NCBI GenBank assembly: GCA_964639675.1
Contig: CAZXEK010000046.1
Span: 1 to 41,115, forward strand
Source of the DNA: an uncultured Candidatus Saccharibacteria bacterium
GTDB taxonomy: Bacteria; Patescibacteriota; Minisyncoccia; Phycocordibacterales; UBA12445
Reading direction: 5' to 3'
DNA: 41,115 nt
Shown here: piece by piece, positions 1-6,446 of the stretch
Numbering within the stretch: position 1 is the stretch's first letter
How the letters are laid out: each line of letters begins with the position of its first letter
Notes under the pieces: model-generated
What the model saw: the letters and a program-made list of their open reading frames with translations, nothing else
What the model was told of the DNA's origin: nothing
Databases searched by the model: none
Translations under genes and position numbers: made by a program

Positions 1-132
1 AGATTTTTTGTATAATTTCTTTTTCTAATAATTACTTCCTGCCCTCGTGTTCTTCTGGCAGACCTCATCACGCTCGCCATGACATAGCCGTTTGGCGTAG
101 CCAGACCGAAGCCGATCTTCGGCGACCGAAGG

Positions 133-219
133 CGGAGGAGGTGGGATTTGAACCCACGAGAGACTTTCATCCCTGCCGCGTTTCGAATGCGGTGCCTTCG
201 ACCACTCAGCCACTCCTCC
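133..219 (-). tRNA. tRNA-Ser (anticodon CGA), class II with long variable arm; CCA not encoded
   Basis: Reverse complement reads GGAGGAG-TG-GCTGAGTGGTCGAAGGC-A-CCGCA/TTCGAAA/CGCGG-variable arm-GTGGG/TTCAAAT/CCCAC-CTCCTCC-G. Acceptor and T arms pair perfectly. U33-CGA-A37 sits in a 7-nt loop, with one A:C mismatch at 31:39. Confidence 0.9.
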
Positions 220-268
220 TTATTTAATTAACCCCTAATAGTTTGCGCATAGTCTCGCTTCGTTCGAT

Positions 269-297
269 CTCAGCCACTCCTTCTTATTTATTTAATT
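269..297. repeat. Partial duplicate of the tRNA-Ser 5' end plus its upstream flank
   Basis: CTCAGCCACTCCTTCTTATTTATTTAATT (269-297) versus CTCAGCCACTCCTCCTTATTTAATTA (205-231). This is a direct repeat with one mismatch and a small indel, about 40 bp from the real tRNA end. Confidence 0.75.
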
Positions 298-375
298 TTT
301 GAATATTAACAGTATTTTTGAACTTTGACAATATTATTCTGCATACTATATACTCGATACTACATACTCTTTATT

Positions 376-441
376 GGCCCTATCGTCTATCGGTTAGGAC
401 ACAAGCTTTTCAAGCTTGGAAGCAGGGTGAGGCTAGGGTTG
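376..441 (+). pseudogene. tRNA-Glu(UUC) pseudogene or degenerate copy with a destroyed T-arm
   Basis: Identical to tRNA-Glu 572-643 from the acceptor 5' strand through the anticodon arm and variable loop (GGCCCTATCG...GGAAGCAGGGT). The T-loop TTCGACTCCCTG is replaced by GAGGC, followed by TAGGGTT. It cannot form a normal T-arm. Confidence 0.75.
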
Positions 442-571
442 GGCCCCTAGCAGCAAGACCTTTGATAATTTTTTAAGAGCGAGGCGAATTAAAAAATAGA
501 AAAGGTGTACAGTTCCCGTAGGGAAAGACTCCATGGAGTCGAACCCATTCTGTGGTATAGAGAAAAATATT

Positions 572-643
572 GGCCCTATCGTCTATCGGTTAGGACACAA
601 GCTTTTCAAGCTTGGAAGCAGGGTTCGACTCCCTGTAGGGTCA
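572..643 (+). tRNA. tRNA-Glu (anticodon UUC); CCA not encoded
   Basis: GGCCCTA-TC-GTCT/ATCGGTTA/GGAC-A-CAAGC/TTTTCAA/GCTTG-GAAG-CAGGG/TTCGACT/CCCTG-TAGGGTC-A. All four arms pair. Confidence 0.92.
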
Positions 644-1036
644 TCGCGAAGCGAGGAGCCTAAGCAAGCAAACTGCTTTGCTTGCGCCAGGGAGGAGAAA
701 GAAGTTTCGTTATCGAATGAGCGAGAGGCAGTAGTAGATGTACAAGCAGTTTTTGGTTCATCACACGGCGGTATAGAGATGAAAGCGCCAAGGTCTGCCG
801 TAATCGATGTTCGGGACCGCAATGGCTACCGTTTGTCTTAATTGCAATTGTATTAAGCTTAAGCAAAGAAGTAATAAGAGGAATTGAGTTTAACAAATAA
901 ACTTGATGACATATACGGCACATTAGATGATACGTAGAAGAAATTAAGGCAGTACAATAATGATTATGATGACAACAGGCATTTATAGAACGTGCGAAGC
1001 ATTTTTATAGATATTATTTCTTATCTTCTGTCTTTT

Positions 1037-1077
1037 AAAAAAAAGAAAACCCCAACCACTCTTGCGAATGGCTGGGG
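1037..1077 (-). terminator. Rho-independent terminator of the GC-rich ORF
   Basis: On the minus strand: CCCCAGCCA-(10 nt loop)-TGGTTGGGG, a 9-bp stem with one G:U, followed by TTTTCTTTTTTTT. It lies 22 nt past the TAG stop. Confidence 0.8.
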
Positions 1078-1098
1078 TGGCAGAATCCCACTAGGGAT

Positions 1099-1449
1099 CT
1101 ACCAGGACGGCTGCGGGCGGTAGCGATCGCGGTTCTGCCACGAATCGTGCTTGCCGTGCCGCGTAAGGGGTAACACCTTCGTCTGCGTGATCTCGATGAT
1201 CAGCAGGGTCGGGTATTCGATGTAGGTTTCCTCACGCAGGATGGACGCGAGAGACTTCGCGCGCCCGAGCGTGGTGAACCAATGCTGGTGAGGCCTCAGG
1301 AAGATCGCTTTTGCCATCTCGACGGCTTCTGGCGAATCATCCTGGAGGTCCTCGGCAGCCTGCACGACCTCCGTGGCATACATCATCTGCGGCCGTTCAG
1401 CCGTCCCGAAGTTGTACACGGCGATGACCATGGTGGTATCTTCACTCAT
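1099..1449 (-). CDS. Hypothetical protein (116 aa) in a GC-rich, compositionally foreign segment
   Basis: Open frame with strongly G/C-ending codons. SD GGAGGAGG (complement of 1457-1464) lies 7 nt upstream of the ATG at 1449. The ORF-track start at 1470 would overlap this SD. A terminator follows. No family recognised by eye. Confidence 0.65.
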   Translation of the reverse strand: MSEDTTMVIAVYNFGTAERPQMMYATEVVQAAEDLQDDSPEAVEMAKAIFLRPHQHWFTTLGRAKSLASILREETYIEYPTLLIIEITQTKVLPLTRHGKHDSWQNRDRYRPQPSW

Positions 1450-1502
1450 GAGGTGACCTCCTCCTGCCAAAGCAGGATGAACGTAATCACCGGAGCCTCG
1501 GT

Positions 1503-1554
1503 CGAAGCTCCAGAATAAAGAGATTTACTTAAACATCCTTATTCTGAAGCTTCG
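1503..1554. repeat. 16-bp imperfect inverted repeat with a 20-nt spacer, just upstream of the GC-rich ORF
   Basis: CGAAGCTCCAGAATAA (1503-1518) versus the reverse complement of TTATTCTGAAGCTTCG (1539-1554), 15/16 matching. It sits at the GC-rich/AT-rich boundary. Confidence 0.6.
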
Positions 1555-1794
1555 AGCCCTATTTCAATATTCTGGTGAAAGAATAGCATACTGAATTGTA
1601 AATGTCAACACCGCCCTTCGAAGCGATGTACTCTCTTCTGGCATGCCAGTTGTCCCAGTGTGTACGTTTCCTTTTATACTCATTATTTCTTTGTTCTCAT
1701 CGGGGGTACGAAATCTCCTTGGCTGAGAATTCTCAGTAGGCTTAGGATATCGAACGAGCGAAGCAAAATGAGATCGAAACTTACCTGCACCCGT

Positions 1795-1818
1795 AGGGCG
1801 AGACTTCCTGTAGGGTCG
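1795..1818 (+). repeat. Degenerate copy of the tRNA-Glu 3' end (T-arm plus acceptor); att-like direct repeat
   Basis: AGGGCGAGACTTCCTGTAGGGTCG versus tRNA-Glu 620-643 AGGGTTCGACTCCCTGTAGGGTCA. 19/24 are identical, and 15/17 over the terminal 17 nt. Confidence 0.7.
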
Positions 1819-1841
1819 TTTGGGAGCTGAGCTTCCAAAAA
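1819..1841. repeat. Copy A of the palindromic motif TTTGGGAGCTGAGCT(T/C)CCAAAA
   Basis: TTTGGGAGCTGAGCTTCCAAAAA directly abuts the tRNA-Glu fragment. It has one mismatch to the perfect palindrome at 19741-19769. Confidence 0.7.
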
Positions 1842-2096
1842 GGCCATATACATATTTCATTCCTTAAAATCAAAGAGCGGTCTGATATACTTGGGAAAAT
1901 GCCTATTCAGGGGATCGTTTTCGACCAGCATAATAAGATCGTCCTTGTAGCAAAGAAGGGAAGCGGTTTTTATTTTAGCTGAGGTAAAACCGTGACATAA
2001 AAATCATCGTTCTGATTGCCTCAACGCTGCGGAGAAAATCAGAAGAGGTAAAATCACCTATCTAACCTTTACTGAATTTTGCACTGCAGGATAAGG

Positions 2097-2116
2097 AAAA
2101 ACCGCCGATTGGCGGC
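2097..2116 (-). terminator. Putative rho-independent terminator of the S41 peptidase gene 2134-3183
   Basis: Minus strand: CCGCC-AATC-GGCGG followed by TTTTT, 18 nt past the stop. The stem is short. Confidence 0.5.
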
Positions 2117-2133
2117 TGTTGTGGTTTGGAGGC

Positions 2134-3183
2134 TTATTTAATTTTTCTTGAAACATTGGATCGCAAAAGTTTTACGGCCATATTCAGTTGTGCATCATAG
2201 GGCTCTTCATCGTCTTGGCTCCTCGTGTCTTTAATTTTAATGTCTGGCTCTAACCCCTTACCATGGATGGATATACCCTTGGGAGTAAGCCAATTACCAG
2301 CAGTTACCTTAGAGATTCCGAAAGTAGAATTAGTAAGACTTTGATATATGCCCTTACCAAAACTTCTTTCACCGACCAATTTTGCTCGACCCAAATCACG
2401 CAAAGCTCCTGCCATAATTTCAGAAGCGGAAGCACTCTTTCTGTTAATTAGAACTACGATTGGCAATGACCGGAGAAACTCGAATCCTTCCGGAGGGTCG
2501 TTCTGTTGTCTCCATGGATATCCATAGTTTATTGATGAATATTTATCGTACGGAGCTTCTACGTATGGTTTAAATTTTACAGCAATCTCTCCCGGTTTAA
2601 CTAGATACAGTAATATGTCTGCAACTACTCCTACCAACCCTCCAGGATTATTTCTAAGATCAATCACAAGACCTCTTGGTTTGAAGGTAATTAGATGATT
2701 TATAACGCGATCAAATTGCTTGTTTGCGATGTTACAAAGTTTAGATATACGTATATAGGCAAATTTATTTTTAAGCGGTCTCCATCTCACAACTATTTTT
2801 TCAGCCGTTTTTCCATTTCCGATGTTATCTTCGCCGTTCAAGAAAGAGAGAAATTCCTCTTCCTCATCTTTGGGAATAAATAATGAATATTTATCTCCCG
2901 TACCGTATTTTAGTGCACCTTGCAATGCACCGGTCATGAGTTTTTTGGAATCAAGCGTACCGGCTCTTCGGTAGTTATTTTCAATTTCGGATAGGGTTGT
3001 TATAAATTCTCTAAAATAAAGATCCCTTACGGCTTCTATCTCTATGGGGGTTAAATCCCGCATGAGTAACGTTTTAGGTGGCAACATCAACTCTTTGACA
3101 ATTTCTGGATTGGGTGCGATCAAGGAGATGATGGATGTAAAAATAGTAGCCAAAATTTGATTGACGTCCATTTTGGTTATCAC
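2134..3183 (-). CDS. S41-family serine peptidase (C-terminal processing peptidase-like), apparently lacking a PDZ domain
   Basis: Motifs DLRNNPGG, LINRKSASASEIMAGAL and GERSFGKG match S41 catalytic-region signatures. The segment where Ctp carries its PDZ domain is only ~35 aa. The start is either GTG 3183 or ATG 3171; the ATG has GAGGAG upstream. Confidence 0.85.
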   Translation of the reverse strand: MITKMDVNQILATIFTSIISLIAPNPEIVKELMLPPKTLLMRDLTPIEIEAVRDLYFREFITTLSEIENNYRRAGTLDSKKLMTGALQGALKYGTGDKYSLFIPKDEEEEFLSFLNGEDNIGNGKTAEKIVVRWRPLKNKFAYIRISKLCNIANKQFDRVINHLITFKPRGLVIDLRNNPGGLVGVVADILLYLVKPGEIAVKFKPYVEAPYDKYSSINYGYPWRQQNDPPEGFEFLRSLPIVVLINRKSASASEIMAGALRDLGRAKLVGERSFGKGIYQSLTNSTFGISKVTAGNWLTPKGISIHGKGLEPDIKIKDTRSQDDEEPYDAQLNMAVKLLRSNVSRKIK

Positions 3184-3315
3184 TCCTCGGTGAAGTCAGG
3201 TAGTTATTTTTTAAAAGAACTTATTTATTAGACACTACATTAAATGTAAAATTTCTTCAAGGTTCAGTCATAAACTTATACACTTTACACTGCTTATCAT
3301 CCAGTTCAGAATTAG

Positions 3316-4380
3316 GTGAGACAAAGATTTTTGACATTACACAAAGAGGAGGATGACGTTGTGAAGGCAGACTACGTTTTTGTGGCTTTAGCTGTCTCTT
3401 TATTTTTTTTTGTTACAGTTAGTTCTAGTTTTGCGAAAGACTTTTCAGTTTCGACCGCGAGTGTTTCCTCATTTACCTTTAATAATTTGACCACAATAGA
3501 ACTGGAAACAGTGAGGGATTCAAACTTCCGGCATTTCATAAAAGCCCTGGCTGACGTAGAGGATAACTATCGTAGAGCAGGAACTCTTAATACCAAGAAG
3601 ATATTTATTAGTGCTCTTAAGGGGATATTGGAGTATGGTACCGGAGATGATTACGCGGAGTTTGTTCCAGAAGATGAAAATGATAAACATACCGACAGGA
3701 AGATTAAGGGGATTAAGACCACCAAAGATGGAGAAGTTATTGAGAAAGTCACCGTGGATTCGAAAATCATTGAGGAGAATCTTGCCTATATATCTATTAC
3801 TGAGTTTCGCGAGTCAACGATCGGGCAGTTTGATAAAGCTATGACCAAGATCCTGATTTCAAAACCAGACGGTATGATTATTGACCTTCGAGATAATTCT
3901 GGCGGTATGATAAACGTGGTCTCCGATATGCTACTATATCTAGTTCCACCAGAGACGACTGTAGTTAGATTTCATGAGTATAGCAAGCTTCCATATTCTG
4001 AAAATGCAGAAAGTGATGATGAGTATAGAAAAGAAAAAAACATATTACCGTTGAAGGGCATTGAATTCTTTCGTCAGATTCCTCTAGTTATTTTGATAAA
4101 CAGATCGACAGCTTCAGCTTCTGAAATTATGGCAGGAGCTTTGCGTGATTTGGGTCGAGCAAAATTGATCGGTGAAAAAAGTTTTGGTAAGGGTGTATAC
4201 CAGACCGAGATCCAATCCTTTTTTGGGAGATCTTGGATTACGGCAGGGGGCTGGTTTACTCCTAGGGGCATATCTGTCAGTGGTAAGGGACTGAAACCGG
4301 ACTTTAAAGTCGATCATAAGAGGGCCATGGCCGAAGCAATTAGGGTTTTGAGATTAGAAATTAATGTTGGGATACGGTAA
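3316..4380 (+). CDS. S41-family serine peptidase paralog, PDZ-less, with an N-terminal signal/anchor
   Basis: Motifs DLRDNSGG, LINRSTASASEIMAGAL and GEKSFGKG. The probable true start is GTG 3361, preceded by AGAGGAGG at 3345-3352. That gives MKADYVFVALAVSLFFFVTVSSSFA, which looks like a signal peptide. Confidence 0.85.
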   Translation: MRQRFLTLHKEEDDVVKADYVFVALAVSLFFFVTVSSSFAKDFSVSTASVSSFTFNNLTTIELETVRDSNFRHFIKALADVEDNYRRAGTLNTKKIFISALKGILEYGTGDDYAEFVPEDENDKHTDRKIKGIKTTKDGEVIEKVTVDSKIIEENLAYISITEFRESTIGQFDKAMTKILISKPDGMIIDLRDNSGGMINVVSDMLLYLVPPETTVVRFHEYSKLPYSENAESDDEYRKEKNILPLKGIEFFRQIPLVILINRSTASASEIMAGALRDLGRAKLIGEKSFGKGVYQTEIQSFFGRSWITAGGWFTPRGISVSGKGLKPDFKVDHKRAMAEAIRVLRLEINVGIR

Positions 4381-4396
4381 TTTTATTAAAAAATAA

Positions 4397-4417
4397 GGGC
4401 CTCTCAATTGGAGGCCC
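4397..4417. terminator. Hairpin terminator between convergent genes; better suited to the minus-strand gene
   Basis: GGGCCTC-TCAATTG-GAGGCCC. The minus-strand reading is followed by TTATTTTTT. The plus-strand reading is followed only by CTTT. Confidence 0.65.
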
Positions 4418-4424
4418 CTTTGCG

Positions 4425-4994
4425 TTAAGATCTTTTCTGTGTCCCAAGAATGATCAGATCTTTTGGCGTTAGATTACGCTCTAGGGAGAAACTACCCCAG
4501 TCACACTTCTTCTCTTTAAAGTGGATATATCGGACACAAAGTCCTTCTCTTACTGAGTAGATTGTTCCGAAGAATAGGACTGTCTTACTGAGATATTCCC
4601 TTGGAATGAAGCCTGGTTTTTCAAGCCATAGATCAAGAAGATTCGCCCCAATGACAGGTTTGTCATTGAGTTCAACTCGAAGGTCATTACCAGAAATGGG
4701 TTTGCCCTGTCTTTGCTTTAGGGATAGGTGAGTTTGAAGATTAATCTGGTTAATGTCCCACTCACCTTTAAGGCGGGTCTCAATCTGATCTTGATCTCTT
4801 ATTGTCCAGCCTGGAGGTATTATGGGTAATGAGTCGAAATCAATTAACTGTTTACTGTGTTTGACATACTCCCGATTTAGCCCGGTTAAAATTTTTTTTA
4901 TACTTTTTACACGGTGGATACGGCCGGCTCTGAGACCCTCTTCTGTCTGCTTCATTAGATGAAGAATCTCGTTTAGTTCATGATCACTTATCAC
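4425..4994 (-). CDS. Hypothetical protein (189 aa), no recognisable family
   Basis: Long open frame with a GTG start and a terminator hairpin downstream. No motif recognised by eye. Confidence 0.55.
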   Translation of the reverse strand: MISDHELNEILHLMKQTEEGLRAGRIHRVKSIKKILTGLNREYVKHSKQLIDFDSLPIIPPGWTIRDQDQIETRLKGEWDINQINLQTHLSLKQRQGKPISGNDLRVELNDKPVIGANLLDLWLEKPGFIPREYLSKTVLFFGTIYSVREGLCVRYIHFKEKKCDWGSFSLERNLTPKDLIILGTQKRS

Positions 4995-5117
4995 TATTTT
5001 TTTTAGCCCCTTTCTGTTAATTATCTGCGGGAGCCAGTATGATTGATTTGTTTCAAAGAACGGACATAATGTCTGGTTGCAATGTACTAAAATTTGTGGT
5101 AATTGTCAAAATTATTG

Positions 5118-5145
5118 TTGACAGTATCTAGTGTCTCTGTATAAC
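5118..5145 (+). promoter_or_regulatory. Putative sigma70-type promoter for the QueF-like gene
   Basis: TTGACA (5118-5123), 16-nt spacer, TATAAC (5140-5145), about 43 nt upstream of the start codon. Confidence 0.4.
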
Positions 5146-5188
5146 ATTGACTAGGTTCTTTGATTAACTGGAGGTGGCGTAGGGATGG

Positions 5189-5617
5189 GTGAAGTTTTTT
5201 ATGACATCTAAAAAAGTATGGAGTGATATTTCGATTTTAATTTCACTTCCTAATCCTTCAACGCAAGGCTATGAGATTAAAATAAAGACCCCGGAGATCA
5301 CCTTTCTTGGAGTTTTAAATCAACCAGATTTCGCTGATGCCTTTATAACTTTTTATCCCAATCAAACTATTATAGAACTAAGATCGCTGAAGCTATATTT
5401 CCAGCAATTTCGAGAAAAAGTAATTTCTTACGAACGATTGATAAATGTCATTTTTGAAGACCTAATCTCTGTCTATGCACCGACACGTCTTAGGGTGGTG
5501 ATGACCTTATCACCTCGAGGGGGAATTAGTTCCAAGCTTACGATTGATTCCGATTGGTCAATAAGGGGTGGAGAGGAAAAGTTCAAAGATTGGATTGGTC
5601 AACGAGACGAATGGTGA
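5189..5617 (+). CDS. QueF-family (unimodular, T-fold) protein lacking the catalytic cysteine
   Basis: It aligns by eye to B. subtilis QueF: QPDFA, ELRSLKLYF (the QueF motif E-x-K/R-S-L-K-L-Y) and SPRGGIS. The region corresponding to SLCPKTGQPDF reads FLGVLNQPDF, and the whole protein has no Cys. GGAGG lies 13 nt upstream of GTG 5189. Confidence 0.75.
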   Translation: MKFFMTSKKVWSDISILISLPNPSTQGYEIKIKTPEITFLGVLNQPDFADAFITFYPNQTIIELRSLKLYFQQFREKVISYERLINVIFEDLISVYAPTRLRVVMTLSPRGGISSKLTIDSDWSIRGGEEKFKDWIGQRDEW

Positions 5618-5622
5618 TAGAC

Positions 5623-5644
5623 AACCCCGATAATTATCGGGGTT
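5623..5644. terminator. Bidirectional terminator hairpin between convergent genes
   Basis: Perfect 22-bp palindrome AACCCCGATAATTATCGGGGTT followed by ATTTTA. It lies between the stop codons at 5617 and 5648. Confidence 0.7.
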
Positions 5645-5647
5645 ATT

Positions 5648-6373
5648 TTATATCGAAACTCCGAAGATGTTTTTTATTAGACCACCGACAAGGAAAGCGG
5701 CCGAGGCAGCCAGACCACCAACCAAAAGCATTTCTAATCCAGATCGGAACCACCTTTGACCGGTGATAATTGTTCGCAGAGCGCCCACCATGAAGAGTGC
5801 AAAGGCTGTGGCAATTAGGGAGATAGCAAATTGAGATTCGGTTTTGAAGAAAAGCATATATGGAATAAGTGGCAGGAGCCCTGCCAGTACAAAAGCAGTA
5901 GTCGTGATAACTCCATGGTTTGCCGGAGATTCAAGCTTGCCTTCAACAATACCCAACTCTTCGAGCATCATTAGATCAACCCAGCGTTTCTTATTGCCAG
6001 TGACCGCATTTAAGATTTCAGCCATTCTCGATTCCGGAATTCCCCAACGTTTTAAAATAACCACAACTTCTTTTTTTTCTTGCTCTGGAAATTGCTCAAT
6101 CTCTTTTTCTTCTCTTTTACGTTCTGCCTTCTGATAGTCTAGCTTTGATTTGATTGCCAAGTAATTTGAGAATCCCATAGATATACCATCGGCAATGAGG
6201 GTTGCCACCCCTAAAATTACTACAAGATTTGGGGGGAGTCCAGCTCCAGCGCTACCTGCGATTACGGCGAAGGTTGTGACAATACCATCATTAGCACCAT
6301 AGACAACATCACCTATATATAAACCGCGTTCAGTCTGGTGATTTTTTTCGGAGTGGATAAGATTCTCTTGCAT
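5648..6373 (-). CDS. VIT1/CCC1-family iron/manganese transporter
   Basis: The N-terminal GANDGIVTTFAVIAG motif, a central acidic/charged loop and C-terminal TM helices are typical of the VIT family. Confidence 0.85.
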   Translation of the reverse strand: MQENLIHSEKNHQTERGLYIGDVVYGANDGIVTTFAVIAGSAGAGLPPNLVVILGVATLIADGISMGFSNYLAIKSKLDYQKAERKREEKEIEQFPEQEKKEVVVILKRWGIPESRMAEILNAVTGNKKRWVDLMMLEELGIVEGKLESPANHGVITTTAFVLAGLLPLIPYMLFFKTESQFAISLIATAFALFMVGALRTIITGQRWFRSGLEMLLVGGLAASAAFLVGGLIKNIFGVSI

Positions 6374-6446
6374 ATTTGATTAATTAAGCCTTATAATATA
6401 AAATTATATCCATAGTAATTAATAAGTTAGTTCATAATTAAAAAAC

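Noticed and set aside
25-213. 62-aa ORF on the minus strand
   Set aside because: It is read through the tRNA-Ser gene and its GC-rich trailer. The peptide is Pro/Ser/Arg-rich with no start context, so the tRNA explains the locus.
529-542. 14-bp palindrome GACTCCATGGAGTC and a T-arm-like GGGTTCGACTCC on the minus strand, suggesting a further tRNA
   Set aside because: The putative T-stem does not pair with a 7-nt loop, and no acceptor or anticodon arms can be built. It is interpreted as another tRNA-derived fragment and mentioned under the att-like repeat finding.
533-923. Three overlapping ORFs (533-841 plus strand, 583-822 and 660-923 minus strand)
   Set aside because: They are mutually overlapping, and one spans the tRNA-Glu gene. 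None has an SD or family resemblance. The region is treated as non-coding or element remnant.
644-1036. tmRNA, RNase P RNA, SRP RNA or 5S rRNA after tRNA-Glu
   Set aside because: Signature strings are absent on both strands. These include GGAAAGTCC for RNase P, a GGGG 5' end with a TTCGA-type T-arm and CCA tail for tmRNA, GGAAGCAGCC-type for SRP, and CCGAACTCAGAAGTGAAAC for 5S. A covariance-model scan is still needed.
1564-1860. 98-aa minus-strand ORF
   Set aside because: The predicted peptide is highly basic and low-complexity. It is translated across the tRNA-Glu 3' fragment and the palindromic motif, and it has no SD. It is most likely non-coding scar DNA.
1899-1982. 27-codon ORF MPIQGIVFDQHNKIVLVAKKGSGFYFS, reminiscent of a Nudix hydrolase N-terminus
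   Set aside because: It is too short, and the diagnostic Nudix box is absent. At best it is a gene relic, which cannot be supported from sequence alone.
5146-5188. preQ1 riboswitch in the leader of the QueF-like gene
   Set aside because: GGTTCT resembles part of the B. subtilis preQ1-I aptamer, but I could not find the hairpin plus A-rich tail. The leader is also very short.
6352-6360. DnaA-box-like AGTGGATAA (8/9 to TGTGGATAA)
   Set aside because: It is a single imperfect box inside the VIT transporter coding sequence, with no cluster or AT-rich unwinding element.
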